DNA of 64,000 nt from an uncultured delta proteobacterium (GCA_963712115.1 CAVQGX010000030.1:1-64000), one strand, 5' to 3'. Counted from the stretch's first letter, positions 42,341 through 52,355 are shown. Program-made: numbers and translations. The notes: a model not told the origin generated them from the sequence alone.

Positions 42341-42455
42341 TCCTGTGAAGTCAAAAACTCGATTTCACGGTAATGGATAAGTTTTTCTTTACTTCACTTT
42401 TCATATGTGACTTCTGTCTTCGGCCTGCTGGATAAATGTTCTTTCCCTGATTTCC

Positions 42456-42484
42456 TTGACAGTCAATCAGCAAAGGTTTATAAA
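42456..42484 (+). promoter_or_regulatory. Sigma70 promoter of tRNA-Ala
   Basis: TTGACA-N17-TATAAA. Confidence 0.7.
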
Positions 42485-42498
42485 AAGGCCGGCAAAAA

Positions 42499-42574
42499 GG
42501 GGACGTAGCTCAGTTGGGAGAGCGCAGCGTTCGCAACGCTGAGGTCGTGGGTTCGAATCCCATCGTCTCCACCA
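42499..42574 (+). tRNA. tRNA-Ala(CGC)
   Basis: G3:U70 pair; CAGCG TTCGCAA CGCTG; encoded CCA. Confidence 0.96.
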
Positions 42575-42583
42575 ATGAGTGGT

Positions 42584-42611
42584 AACCGCGGCCTTGACCG
42601 CGGTTTTCTTT
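42584..42611 (+). terminator. Intrinsic terminator after tRNA-Ala
   Basis: AACCGCGG/CCGCGGTT followed by TTCTTT. Confidence 0.7.
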
Positions 42612-42663
42612 ATCCCGGCGGAGGTTTCGAGCAGGGGTCTAATCATATTTTTGGAGGATTGTT

Positions 42664-42984
42664 ATGAAGCGGAAGGCAACTGCTATTTTGGCTTTTGTTG
42701 TTATATTGAGCATGGCGGCTCTTCCGGCAAAAGTCTATAGTACCAACGACGAGTATGAGTCCCTCGAATTCTTTCTGGATCAAGCCCTAAAGCAGACAAA
42801 GGATGCCGATCAACGAACCGAGATTCTTAATCGCTACCTAATAAAGGCCTTGGGATTGGTTTACCGGCAGAATAAAGAACTCATCCGTCTTCAGCGTCAG
42901 ACTCTGGATGCTATGCAAGAACTGCGAGATACAGAAAAGAAAGAGATGCGGGACTTGGAGATACGGATGCAGAGGAGTCAGTAA
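42664..42984 (+). CDS. Hypothetical exported protein
   Basis: GGAGG RBS, signal peptide, helical body. Confidence 0.65.
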   Translation: MKRKATAILAFVVILSMAALPAKVYSTNDEYESLEFFLDQALKQTKDADQRTEILNRYLIKALGLVYRQNKELIRLQRQTLDAMQELRDTEKKEMRDLEIRMQRSQ

Positions 42985-42997
42985 GCAGAGAAAAGCA

Positions 42998-43086
42998 GGC
43001 AGCAGGTAGAACTTAGAGGTCAGAGATCAGATGTCGGAGGTCAGGGTTAAGCTGATCTCTGATCTCCGACTTCTGACCTCTGTGAT
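42998..43086. repeat. CAGAGGT-type heptamer hairpin element
   Basis: Near-identical to 20705-20794. Confidence 0.85.
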
Positions 43087-43132
43087 CGAATACTTGGCCA
43101 ATTACTTGACTCTCTACGTATGGTGATCAGGA

Positions 43133-43161
43133 TTGACAGGGTTCAATATTTCCCCTATAGT
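43133..43161 (+). promoter_or_regulatory. Sigma70 promoter of hisB
   Basis: TTGACA-N17-TATAGT. Confidence 0.7.
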
Positions 43162-43233
43162 TCGCTGGCACAATGTAACTTGGCGGTTTTAATCTGCTCA
43201 GATAGCGCACCAACAGATATGGGAGGAAATGGG

Positions 43234-43821
43234 GTGCCAAGAAAAGCAAATATCACCAGAAAAACTAAAGAGACCAAAATCAAGCTGACTCTCAATCTAG
43301 ATGGCAGTGGGAAAAGCTCGATCAACACCACGGTTGGCTTTCTAGACCATATGCTCACGCTGCTGGCAGCCCACGGCCGTTTTGACCTGGAACTGAAAGC
43401 CGAAGGCGATCTCCGGGTGGATCAGCACCATACGGTTGAAGATGTCGGTATTTGTCTGGGGCAGGCTTTTGCCAAAGCCTTGGGAAAAAGAGAGTCCATT
43501 CGGCGCTACGGACAGCAATTCGTTCCCATGGATGAAGCACTTGCCTCGGTAGTGGTTGATCTATCCAACAGGCCATATCTGGTATATAACGTCCCTAAGC
43601 TGAGTGAGAGAGTAGGGGAGTTCGAGACTCAATTGGTCCAGGAGTTCTTCCGGGCCTTTACCGTAAATGGGGGCGTGACCATGCATGTAAATGCTTCTTA
43701 TGGTGACAACAGCCACCACCTTATCGAGGCTATTTTCAAGGCCTGGGCTAGGGCAATGAGACAGGCCTGTGCCATAGATCCGGGCCTTGACACCGTGCCT
43801 TCAACCAAGGGAGTTTTGTAG
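43234..43821 (+). CDS. hisB: Imidazoleglycerol-phosphate dehydratase
   Basis: RKTKET, FLDHML, DQHHTVED, PMDEAL, NSHHLIEAIFKA, PSTKGVL. Confidence 0.96.
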   Translation: MPRKANITRKTKETKIKLTLNLDGSGKSSINTTVGFLDHMLTLLAAHGRFDLELKAEGDLRVDQHHTVEDVGICLGQAFAKALGKRESIRRYGQQFVPMDEALASVVVDLSNRPYLVYNVPKLSERVGEFETQLVQEFFRAFTVNGGVTMHVNASYGDNSHHLIEAIFKAWARAMRQACAIDPGLDTVPSTKGVL

Positions 43822-44005
43822 AAGTAGCCACCAGGCTACTGCGGCTCAAGGTGCAAGGCATAAGGCTAAGGGCATAAAAGAAAACTATCTTGATCCTTGA
43901 GCCCTGGGGCCTGAGCGAGGGGGTTCACTAGAATTGAGAAATCGAGCAACCTCCGCTTGACAATTCTGTCCAGATAAAGTTAAAAATAGAGGTTGGAAAA
44001 TTTAA

Positions 44006-44082
<77 letters not shown>

Positions 44083-44086
44083 ATTT

Positions 44087-44122
44087 AAAAAAGGACTCAG
44101 GGTTGATCCCGAGTCCTTTTTT
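44087..44122. terminator. Bidirectional terminator
   Basis: AAAAAAGGACTC/GAGTCCTTTTTTT. Confidence 0.85.
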
Positions 44123-44189
44123 ATTTGCCTAAGAAGACGAACCTGCTCCTGATTCTCCCCTTGGTTGAGATGCCAGACCTCTCTTGGAT

Positions 44190-44957
44190 TTAAAAGCTCA
44201 CCGAGATGCCCGCGTACAATCCCGAAGTGTTGTAATTTAATTCTAGATCATTGGTGTCTACATCTACGAAGAAGGTCCGATAGCCAGCATGAATGTCAAC
44301 AAAGGGTATAGGAGTGAAGGAGAGTTCTGCCTGGGCGTCAACCATGTAACCGTCCCAATAGCCCATCCCCGTTGCCAAGATCCGAGCTTCCAAGATGTCA
44401 GCGAGAATGCCCAAATGGAAATTAAGTCCTAACATTGGTACCGGTACGGTGTAGTCCTCCTTTTGTCTTTGGCCAGTAGTCTCGGATCTTATCTCCGCTT
44501 CAAGATCGAAGACCCTGACCCTGCCCACAAGACCCAAAGAAAAGCCGGCCAGGACATTCTCCAGGTCAAGGACATCGTATTGATAGGTAAGGTCATATAC
44601 ATCGTATTTTAGGGTGCTTTTGACCCTATCACCCGCAGGATAGGTGTCGCCACCAAAGTTGATATCCTGGTCCAACGTCTCCCTACCATCGTAGTCTGCC
44701 CGATAAAATGAAAAGCTCAGGTGATGATCGCCCAGTCCAAGAAAAATTTCACCAAAGGGATAGTATTCATCATCAAAACCCAGGTCATCTTCCAGATCTA
44801 GTTTAGTGCCCGCGAGCGAGTTGTCGCTATATTTGATGTCTCCGTCTAAAGATGGGAACCAGTAATAGGCTCGCACACCTGCCTCAAAGCCCTGGGCAGG
44901 TAGGGCAGTTAGCATCAAGGTCAATGCACTTAGGCATAGTATCAGTATTTTTTTCAT
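44190..44957 (-). CDS. Outer-membrane beta-barrel (TIGR04219-like)
   Basis: Signal peptide, DLEDDLG, alternating aromatic strands, C-terminal GLYAGISVSF. Confidence 0.8.
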   Translation of the reverse strand: MKKILILCLSALTLMLTALPAQGFEAGVRAYYWFPSLDGDIKYSDNSLAGTKLDLEDDLGFDDEYYPFGEIFLGLGDHHLSFSFYRADYDGRETLDQDINFGGDTYPAGDRVKSTLKYDVYDLTYQYDVLDLENVLAGFSLGLVGRVRVFDLEAEIRSETTGQRQKEDYTVPVPMLGLNFHLGILADILEARILATGMGYWDGYMVDAQAELSFTPIPFVDIHAGYRTFFVDVDTNDLELNYNTSGLYAGISVSF

Positions 44958-45059
44958 CTTGTCCCCCTTAGAGAACACCCTCGGTGCCCGATAAATAAGT
45001 ATTATCTGCCTTTCAAACGGTTTTTGAGTTGGAAGCTGAAATGGTTCAGCCAAACAATT

Positions 45060-45075
45060 AGCATGATTCGTGCCA
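45060..45075 (-). promoter_or_regulatory. Sigma54 promoter
   Basis: TGGCACGAATCATGCT on the minus strand upstream of the beta-barrel gene. Confidence 0.65.
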
Positions 45076-45339
45076 CGGAGGATAGTCCCGGAAACCTGGC
45101 TCTTCCCCGCATAGCGGGATTTTCGATGGGTTAGGTGAGAGTTTACTGAGGTTTCAGTGTTCAGGTTTCGGGTTTCAGCGTTTGTGTTTCTTCTTCCTGA
45201 CACCTGAAAGCTGACACCCGACACCTTGGAATGTAGCAGGACTGATTTAGATAAGGTGCGAATAGGTCAATTGATCCATGAAAAAGCTAACAAACTTAAA
45301 CTACAGCCTTGAACGTAAGAGAATCACCCGGCCCATTGT

Positions 45340-46875
45340 TCACAGAAGCTTGACCACAACAAGTGTCATATCGTCTTCTTGAGGGGCGTTTCCCCGAAAG
45401 ATGCTGAGTTCATTAATGATCGCCTTCTGAATAGCATCCGCGGACTTGGTGACGTTTATCCGAATTACTTCGCGCAAACGATCTAGGCCAAACATCTCTC
45501 CCTCCAGATTAAGGGCCTCCCGGATACCATCAGTTCCTACAGCGATTACACTGCCAGCATTCCAGCCCTGGCGGCTAAACTCGTGGAATTCAATATTCTT
45601 GTCCACACCTAGAGCCATACCTTCCCCGGCCAACTCATCAAAGGTACCTTCCCCTGCGTCGTAAAAAATGGCTGGATCATGACCAGCTCGAACCCAACGT
45701 AGCATTTTGCTAGAGACATCTATTTCCATGAAAAACATGGTCATGAACCGGCCCGTTTCTTTTACGTCCCTGAAGAGCTCCTGATTGACATCAGTAACAA
45801 TGCGGGCGATGTCACCGGTCATGGCCGCCCGTTGGCGGATGAGGGCCCGGGCTGTGGTCATGAGAAGAGCCGCACCCACGCCGTGCTCAGATACATCAGC
45901 AACAACCACCCCCAAGCTGCCTCTAGGAAGGGCAAGGTAATCGTAATAATCCCCCCCGGTCTCATCGCAGTATTTACTGGTACCGGCAATATCTAGCCCG
46001 GCTAGGGACGGAGGTTCTTGGGGCAGAAGGTTTTGCTGCACCTCCTCGGCCAGTTTGAGGGCGGTGACCAGTTGTATACGATGTCTTAACCCTTTAATCA
46101 TGGTATTGGTGTGTCCAGCTATAACGCCAAATTCATCGTTGGTGGCAACTGGAACGAGTTTGGAGAGGTCACCCCGACTTACACGTTCCAACACATTGGT
46201 TTCATTGTCAAAAAGAAGTTTTAGATTCCTGGAATATGAAACTATCAGGTTAACTACCCAGAGCAAGAGCACGACCATGACGAAAAATACTTCGTAGGTC
46301 ACTGATCGCTGTGCTTGAGCTACGGACATCCCACTTTGGCCGATCTTGGCAAGCCAGACCACATCGCCGGAGATCACTAGGCCGATTATGGCCGCGACAA
46401 ATAGGGTGGCGGCAAAGGCGACCAAAGAGAACTTGCGGGTCATAGGGTAGAGACGCTTTGGGGGTGACAAAAACCTATTACTCTTGGAGGCCTGGTTGAT
46501 CACAGCGCGCTCACGGGCTAGAGCTGTGTCGAGGGAGAGAAAAAACCCGGCAATAGCGCAACCGAGGACCACCTTGAGCCCGCTCAGGGCCGGAAAATTG
46601 TAGACCATGATATTGTAGGACATGACAGCAGATCCCACCGCAAGGCAGAGGATGAAGTCGAGGACAAACTGCCGCTTGGACTGGGAAGTTTCGTCTATGG
46701 AGAGCACGAACCACCGTTCCAGGGGAGTCCTCACTGCGAGCGCCGCAAGGAAGGCAGTTAGAATAATTACCCCCAGGACCACGGGGGGTAAAGTCACCAG
46801 GAAAGGTCAGACCTGTCCGCCATATAAGGTCAGTACCGTAAGTGCAAAGATGTAATGCAGAGCTAATCGCAACAT
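45340..46875 (-). CDS. Membrane HAMP + PP2C/SpoIIE phosphatase, probable selenoprotein (in-frame UGA at codon 23)
   Basis: GAGGA + ATG 46875 gives MLRLALHYIFALTVLTLYGGQV-TGA-PFL, in frame with the 485-aa ORF; HAMP NDEFG; PP2C TGGDYYD, ADVSEHG, GTDGI, QEDDMT. Confidence 0.8.
46767..46791 (-). promoter_or_regulatory. Putative bacterial SECIS hairpin
   Basis: TTACCCCC-CGTGGTCCT-GGGGGTAA, starting 15 nt after the UGA. Confidence 0.65.
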
Positions 46876-47170
46876 GCGGATTATCCTCAACTTCAAAAAT
46901 TAAGATTACGGTTTGGAATTGCTGTTGAACGCAGCTGATCCTTGTCATCACTTGAGATTAATAGTAAGGTCCAATTGTCCGGTTTTCAACTCTACCTGCT
47001 ATTCAGTAATGATGATTCGGTGTGGTTTGGTGAAAAAACTCCCCCTTTTAGCCTTTATAAAAATAATCTTGTATACTACTAAAGATTCTATAAATCTTTG
47101 ATATGGTATCATATCATCTTTAATCCTAGTTTGTTGGTACCTCAATTAAACCTCGGAGGAGCTTTCTGTC

Positions 47171-49696
47171 ATGAGAAAGGTTAAACCCCCTGTGGTAAAC
47201 AGGTCGCTTTCGTCCTGGATTTTAACTAGCAATTTAAAACTCCAGGCGTTGCTCCTTGTGGTCATTGTCATTGCTGTCTTTACCCGGGTCCTTCCTCTGG
47301 AGATGCAGAAGCGAATAGTCAATGAGGCTATTCGTTTCGGTGAACTAGAAATGCTTTTTCGCTACTGTGCACTGTATCTTGCCGCTGTTGTTCTCGCCGT
47401 TGGTTTGAAATACCTTATCAACGTTTTGCAAAATCTCATCGGCGAGACCGTGTTGGCCGACATGAGAAAGGAACTCTATCATCACATTCTCACCCTACCC
47501 CTAAATTTCTTCAGAAAGACCCAACCCGGCTTGGTGGTCTCGTCCTTGGTGACAGAGCTCGCCACCGCCGGTAGCTTCGTAGGTATGGCCATAGCCGTCC
47601 CGGTGACCAGTGTTTTAACCCTGTTAGCTTTTGCGGCCTACCTCCTCTGGCTAAACCCCCTTCTGGCAGTTATCTCTCTCAGCATCTATCCTCTGGTCCT
47701 GATTCTGCTGCCCAGGATTCAGCGAAGAGCCAACCTAGCCAACAAGGAGCGAGTGGACGTTACCAGGACACTATCTGGAAAAATTGGCGAGGCCATCAGC
47801 GGAATTCATGAGATTCACGGCAATGGTTCTTACCGCATTGAGAACCGCAAATACGACAAGATGGTCGAAGCCTTGCGCAAAGTCAGAGTCAGCTGGAACC
47901 TCTATAAATTTGGGGTAAAAGTATTAAACAATTTCTTCAACAGCTTAAGCCCTTTTCTGATCTTCATCGTAGGGGGTTACCTGGCCATTAAGGGGAGATT
48001 GGATTTAGGTGCCCTGGTTGCCTTTATCTCCGCCCAGGAAAAGCTCTATGAGCCGTGGAAGGAACTGATAGAATTCTATCAGGTTTATCAGGATGCCACT
48101 GTTCGTTACAGCCGGACCATGGAATACTTTGACGGCATGCCAGAGCACACTCTCGAACCTGAAGGCCGCAAGCCTTATGAGTTGGCAGGCAGCATAGAGG
48201 TCAAGGACCTGTCCTTTGAGGCTGAGGGGGGGATACAGCTCTTGGACAATATCAATCTCGAACTAAAACCAGGCGAACAACTGGCTTTGGTAGGTTTTTC
48301 CGGCAGTGGCAAATCCACATTAGCCCAATGCATCGGACAACTGCACAGTTACACGAGCGGTCATGTTTTCTTGGGTGGTAAAGAGGTGAAAGATCTATCG
48401 AAGAAAGACGTGGTTTACAACACGGGCTTTGTCTCTCAAACACCATTTACCTTCGAAGGGACTATCAGAGAAAATCTGCTCTACTCGTGTGCCTCGGTTA
48501 TCAATGGTGATGAAACTGTTGAGGGTGAGGCCATGCCCAGTTTGGACGACATGATCGAAACCTTGCAGCAGACGGGTATCTTTGTGGACGTCCTGCGATT
48601 CGGCCTCAATGCGATTCTCTTATATGACGAACACCAAGAGCTAGCTGCAAAACTTGTTCGGGTCCGCGAGAATTTCAAGCGCGATTTTGGCGAGGAGCTG
48701 GCAGATTATGTGGAGTTTTTCCATGAGGACGAGTACCTTTATCACTCGAGCGTCGCGGCAAATTTGACTTTCGGCTCCCCAAACAAAGAGACATACACCA
48801 TGGAAAGATTGCCTGAAAATGACTATTTCATGCGGTTTACAGGCGAGGCCGATCTTACCAGACCGCTGTTAACTCTTGGAGCTGATCTCTGCAGACAAAC
48901 CGTGGATATTTTGGGCAACCTACCGCCTGAGAATGTCTTTTTTGAACAAAGCCCAATATATGCAAATGAGTTAGAGGGGTATAAAGAGCTGGCAAAACGG
49001 TATGCCAAGAAAAGACTGCATCAACTAAGCTCTCAGGATAGAACCAACCTCTTACGACTAGCGCTGCGTTTTACTCCTAGCGTACACAAGATGGTAAGAA
49101 TGCCAAGCATTTTTGAAGAGTTGATTCTTGAGGGTCGCGCCCTGTTCAAAGAGAAGATTTCCCACGATGACCCCGAAGCTATCACTTTCTATCAGACCTC
49201 AGAGTACATATATTCGCAGACCATCCTAGATAATATACTTTTTGGAAAGACTAAAACAGTTAATCCACAAGCGGAGGAAAAAATCAACCAGTCCATTATT
49301 CAAGTACTTATCGAAGAAGATTTGTTGGAGACCATTGTTGAGATAGGCATGGAATTCGAGGTGGGCAGCAAAGGCGACAGGCTCTCCGGAGGCCAACGTC
49401 AGAAGTTAGCCATAGCTCGCATTTTCCTCAAGGCACCAGGTGTGCTTATCATGGACGAGGCTACGTCGGCCCTCGACAACAATTCTCAGTCTCGTATTCA
49501 GGGTTTACTTGATAGCCGATGGAAGGGAAAAAGCACCCTGATTGCCGTGGTGCACCGTTTAGACATTATCAGGGGCTATGACAAGATTGCAGTAATGAAA
49601 GCGGGAAGAATCGGTGAAATAGGGACCTACGAAGAACTCATCAACAAGAAGGGGATGTTGCATGAACTTATCTATGGAAAGAAGGCAGCCGCCTGA
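47171..49696 (+). CDS. ABC exporter-type TMD+NBD fusion with a large insertion in the NBD
   Basis: Type IV TMD; GFSGSGKST; LSGGQRQK; MDEATSALD; VVHRL; about 240 extra residues between Q-loop and signature. Confidence 0.9.
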   Translation: MRKVKPPVVNRSLSSWILTSNLKLQALLLVVIVIAVFTRVLPLEMQKRIVNEAIRFGELEMLFRYCALYLAAVVLAVGLKYLINVLQNLIGETVLADMRKELYHHILTLPLNFFRKTQPGLVVSSLVTELATAGSFVGMAIAVPVTSVLTLLAFAAYLLWLNPLLAVISLSIYPLVLILLPRIQRRANLANKERVDVTRTLSGKIGEAISGIHEIHGNGSYRIENRKYDKMVEALRKVRVSWNLYKFGVKVLNNFFNSLSPFLIFIVGGYLAIKGRLDLGALVAFISAQEKLYEPWKELIEFYQVYQDATVRYSRTMEYFDGMPEHTLEPEGRKPYELAGSIEVKDLSFEAEGGIQLLDNINLELKPGEQLALVGFSGSGKSTLAQCIGQLHSYTSGHVFLGGKEVKDLSKKDVVYNTGFVSQTPFTFEGTIRENLLYSCASVINGDETVEGEAMPSLDDMIETLQQTGIFVDVLRFGLNAILLYDEHQELAAKLVRVRENFKRDFGEELADYVEFFHEDEYLYHSSVAANLTFGSPNKETYTMERLPENDYFMRFTGEADLTRPLLTLGADLCRQTVDILGNLPPENVFFEQSPIYANELEGYKELAKRYAKKRLHQLSSQDRTNLLRLALRFTPSVHKMVRMPSIFEELILEGRALFKEKISHDDPEAITFYQTSEYIYSQTILDNILFGKTKTVNPQAEEKINQSIIQVLIEEDLLETIVEIGMEFEVGSKGDRLSGGQRQKLAIARIFLKAPGVLIMDEATSALDNNSQSRIQGLLDSRWKGKSTLIAVVHRLDIIRGYDKIAVMKAGRIGEIGTYEELINKKGMLHELIYGKKAAA

Positions 49697-50189
49697 GTCC
49701 AGCGAATTTCAGCAGAATCTGGAGCTCCTGCGGCAGATGGATTTTTTTTCAGCCCTGCCGCTTGAAGCTCTCAAAGTTTTTGCCTATCTTTTCACTAGGG
49801 AGAAATTCAAGCCAGGAGATCATCTCTTTCAGCAAGACGATAATGACGGCAAAGCTTTTTATATTATCTCCGGAAGTGCTGATATAGTCAGGGAGGATGA
49901 AAGAGGTGAAACGATTTTGGGGAAATTCGCTCAGGGCGAGTTTTTAGGCGGCCTGGCACTACTAGGGGATATGCGCCGTCTTTTCTCTGTGAGGGCTCAG
50001 ACAGACCTAATGTGCTTGGTGATGACCCGCGAGAAGTTCACCAAAGCCATAGAACAATTCCCAGAACTCATGCCGAGAGTCTTGGAGGTCATGGTTAGGG
50101 AAATTCGCCTCTGGGAAGAGAGACTCCTCATAGAACCTGGGGGACTTTGCGACCAATGTCGAAAGAAAGTCGGTGTAAGCTTGATCTAA
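49662..50189 (+). CDS. Cyclic-nucleotide-binding domain protein
   Basis: FYIISG, GEFLGGLALL..RRLFSVRA; overlaps the ABC stop; C-terminal CDQC. Confidence 0.88.
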   Translation: MNLSMERRQPPESSEFQQNLELLRQMDFFSALPLEALKVFAYLFTREKFKPGDHLFQQDDNDGKAFYIISGSADIVREDERGETILGKFAQGEFLGGLALLGDMRRLFSVRAQTDLMCLVMTREKFTKAIEQFPELMPRVLEVMVREIRLWEERLLIEPGGLCDQCRKKVGVSLI

Positions 50190-50279
50190 ATGGGCTAAGA
50201 TCCATAGTGATACTGGGTCAGCTTTCGGCTAAACAGAAGCTGATTGCTGAACTCTTATAAAGAAAGAAAGGTTGCAGTG

Positions 50280-50705
50280 ATGATCGCGGACGGAGTTTCA
50301 TTAGAACTGAGGAACAGCCTTTCCGAACTAGATACACTATGCCAAAGCCTGCAGCAGTTTGGAGAAGCGCTGGGCCTCTCTAACAAGGCCTTATTTCAAA
50401 TCTGTCTCGCCATGGAGGAGATTTTTAGCAATATCATATCCTATGGGTACACCGACGATGCTGTTCACTGGATCAAAATAGCCATTTCACATGATCAAGG
50501 AATTCTTATGATACGGTTGGAGGATGAAGGCATTCCCTTTAATCCGCTGTGGGCGGATGAACCAGATTGTGAATGTCCCGTGGAGGAGCGGAAAGTAGGC
50601 AACCTTGGTATCCATCTCTGCAAAAAAGTTATGGATGACATGATCTATGAAAGATGTGGGAACAAAAACATACTAACCCTAAAAAAAGACATAAAGGTTA
50701 CCTAG
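50280..50705 (+). CDS. RsbW-like anti-sigma/Ser kinase (HATPase)
   Basis: LAMEEIFSNIISYG, DEGIPFNP, GNLGIHL, GNKNIL. Confidence 0.88.
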   Translation: MIADGVSLELRNSLSELDTLCQSLQQFGEALGLSNKALFQICLAMEEIFSNIISYGYTDDAVHWIKIAISHDQGILMIRLEDEGIPFNPLWADEPDCECPVEERKVGNLGIHLCKKVMDDMIYERCGNKNILTLKKDIKVT

Positions 50706-50816
50706 TCAGGATGTCGAGCCAGTTTTTTTCAGCTTTACCGGATAGTAGGACGGTTGATGCCCCACCCGGGATGAGCAGTTGCCTCAAAAGAGAACGAGGC
50801 AAGGAGGGGAGAATAA

Positions 50817-51149
50817 ATGGAAGTATTGGAGAAAAGACAGGACGGGATTTGTATCTTGGGACTCCTTGGACGCCTTGATTCAAATACCTCTCCGGAATTC
50901 GAGAAAAAAATCTTTGAGGTAATCGATGATGGGACTAGAAGTGTGGTCGTGGATTTTGCCAGCTTGGATTACATTTCTAGTGCCGGATTACGGGTATTGT
51001 TAAAAGCGGCCAAGGAACTAAAGCGCTCAGATGGAAAAATAGTACTTTGTTCTATGAAAGATTACATCAAGGAGGTTTTTGAAATAGCGGGATTTGTTTC
51101 CCTCTTCCCCATAACCTCCTCGGTGGGAGATGCTGTAAAAGAGTTTTAG
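50817..51149 (+). CDS. STAS anti-anti-sigma factor (RsbV-like)
   Basis: GRLDS, LDYISSAGLRVLL, EVFEIAGF. Confidence 0.92.
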   Translation: MEVLEKRQDGICILGLLGRLDSNTSPEFEKKIFEVIDDGTRSVVVDFASLDYISSAGLRVLLKAAKELKRSDGKIVLCSMKDYIKEVFEIAGFVSLFPITSSVGDAVKEF

Positions 51150-51487
51150 CCCGGGCTAGCGCTCAGCTTTGTCCTGGGGAGTGAGAGTTTTTTGTTGCCG
51201 CCGATACCTTTAGTGGTTTTGCTTTCACCGGACCGTAGAGGGACTGCGAGGAACTTTAAATCTAAAGTGGCAGTACATAGCAGTTTACAATGTATAGCAA
51301 TATATATCTAAATTGGGAATATATGTTTAAATTCTCCCTCCCCTCTGATTGACCAGACAGTTCAGGAATATTGCTGCACAAGTTGAGAACCGTCACAATA
51401 AGCGTAACTCATTTTAATCATAATAAAAGTTAGAACTATCGTCACGCTCTAAAGAAGGAAGACCATTTTGGCTTCCTCTTTTTCTTG

Positions 51488-51503
51488 TGGCACGGATCAT
51501 GCT
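51488..51503 (+). promoter_or_regulatory. Sigma54 promoter
   Basis: TGGCACGGATCATGCT, 47 nt before the FHA gene. Confidence 0.65.
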
Positions 51504-51550
51504 TTCTACTTAGTTGTCACAGTTAAAAGAGGACACGGAAGGAGAACCGC

Positions 51551-52096
51551 ATGGAGGAAGTGCATCATGAAACGTTGCTTGATTACCTGAACAGCTTTAA
51601 AGGCTTAGGAGCCAAGCAGTTTCTGGAAACATATACCCATCCGTTCTTGGTGGAGAATTATCTGGCCCCCTCCAGTAAAATAAAGCTAGGCAGGGTGGAA
51701 ACCATCACCGAATTTGAACTGAATGATACTCTTCCGGTAAGTGGCAAAGGAGAAGATGAAGCTATTCTGCAAGCACGAGTGATACCCCTGGAAAAGAGAG
51801 AAATAGGTTCCTCTGAGCGCATGATTTTCGTGGGGCGTGCCGACAATAACGATATAGTCCTGGCAAACAAGATGGTATCAAAACTTCACGCTTACTTTTG
51901 TCAAGTTCCCGGCAGCGGAGTTATGCAATTAGTTGACATGACTTCTACCAACGGTACTTTTGTCAATGGCACCAGACTCTCGCCGTCAGTGAAGTCAAGT
52001 TTGCAGGACGAAGATGTAATTTCCTTTGGTCCCGAAACCAAACTAGAATATTTCAGCCCTGCCTTCTTCTGTCAACTCCTTCAGGAGCTTTCCTAA
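51551..52096 (+). CDS. FHA-domain protein
   Basis: VGRADNNDI, VSKLHA, DMTSTNGTFVNG. Confidence 0.9.
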   Translation: MEEVHHETLLDYLNSFKGLGAKQFLETYTHPFLVENYLAPSSKIKLGRVETITEFELNDTLPVSGKGEDEAILQARVIPLEKREIGSSERMIFVGRADNNDIVLANKMVSKLHAYFCQVPGSGVMQLVDMTSTNGTFVNGTRLSPSVKSSLQDEDVISFGPETKLEYFSPAFFCQLLQELS

Positions 52097-52288
52097 CCCG
52101 GATATCTCATGAATAACTTGCTGCGACCACGGATATGGCCGTCCCTCCAGGCGTCCTCGGGTGTCGGCCCCTGCGACGTACCGTTCAGGTACGCCTCGGA
52201 ACCAATCCCGCGGTACCGCGGGACGGTTACCAGGTGGCCCGCCCATCTTCGCGCTCTCGCGACAGCAATTCATGAAATATCCGGGTTG
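52094..52288. mobile_element. MITE-like element family A, copy 3
   Basis: TAACCCGGATATCTCATGAA ... TTCATGAAATATCCGGGTTG; starts at the FHA stop codon. Confidence 0.85.
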
Positions 52289-52355
52289 ACTCGCGTATTT
52301 CGTGGGTTGTCCTTCGGTTGGTTTAAAAGATTAAGCACTCTAGTTAATAATTTTC

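Larger units (their letters stand above)
40890..42409 (+). mobile_element. IS110-superfamily element, IS1111 type, complete
   Basis: TG core at both junctions, no TSD; subterminal IR ATGAAAA/TTTTCAT 7 and 3 bp from the ends; ~385-bp non-coding region downstream of the transposase. Confidence 0.92.
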
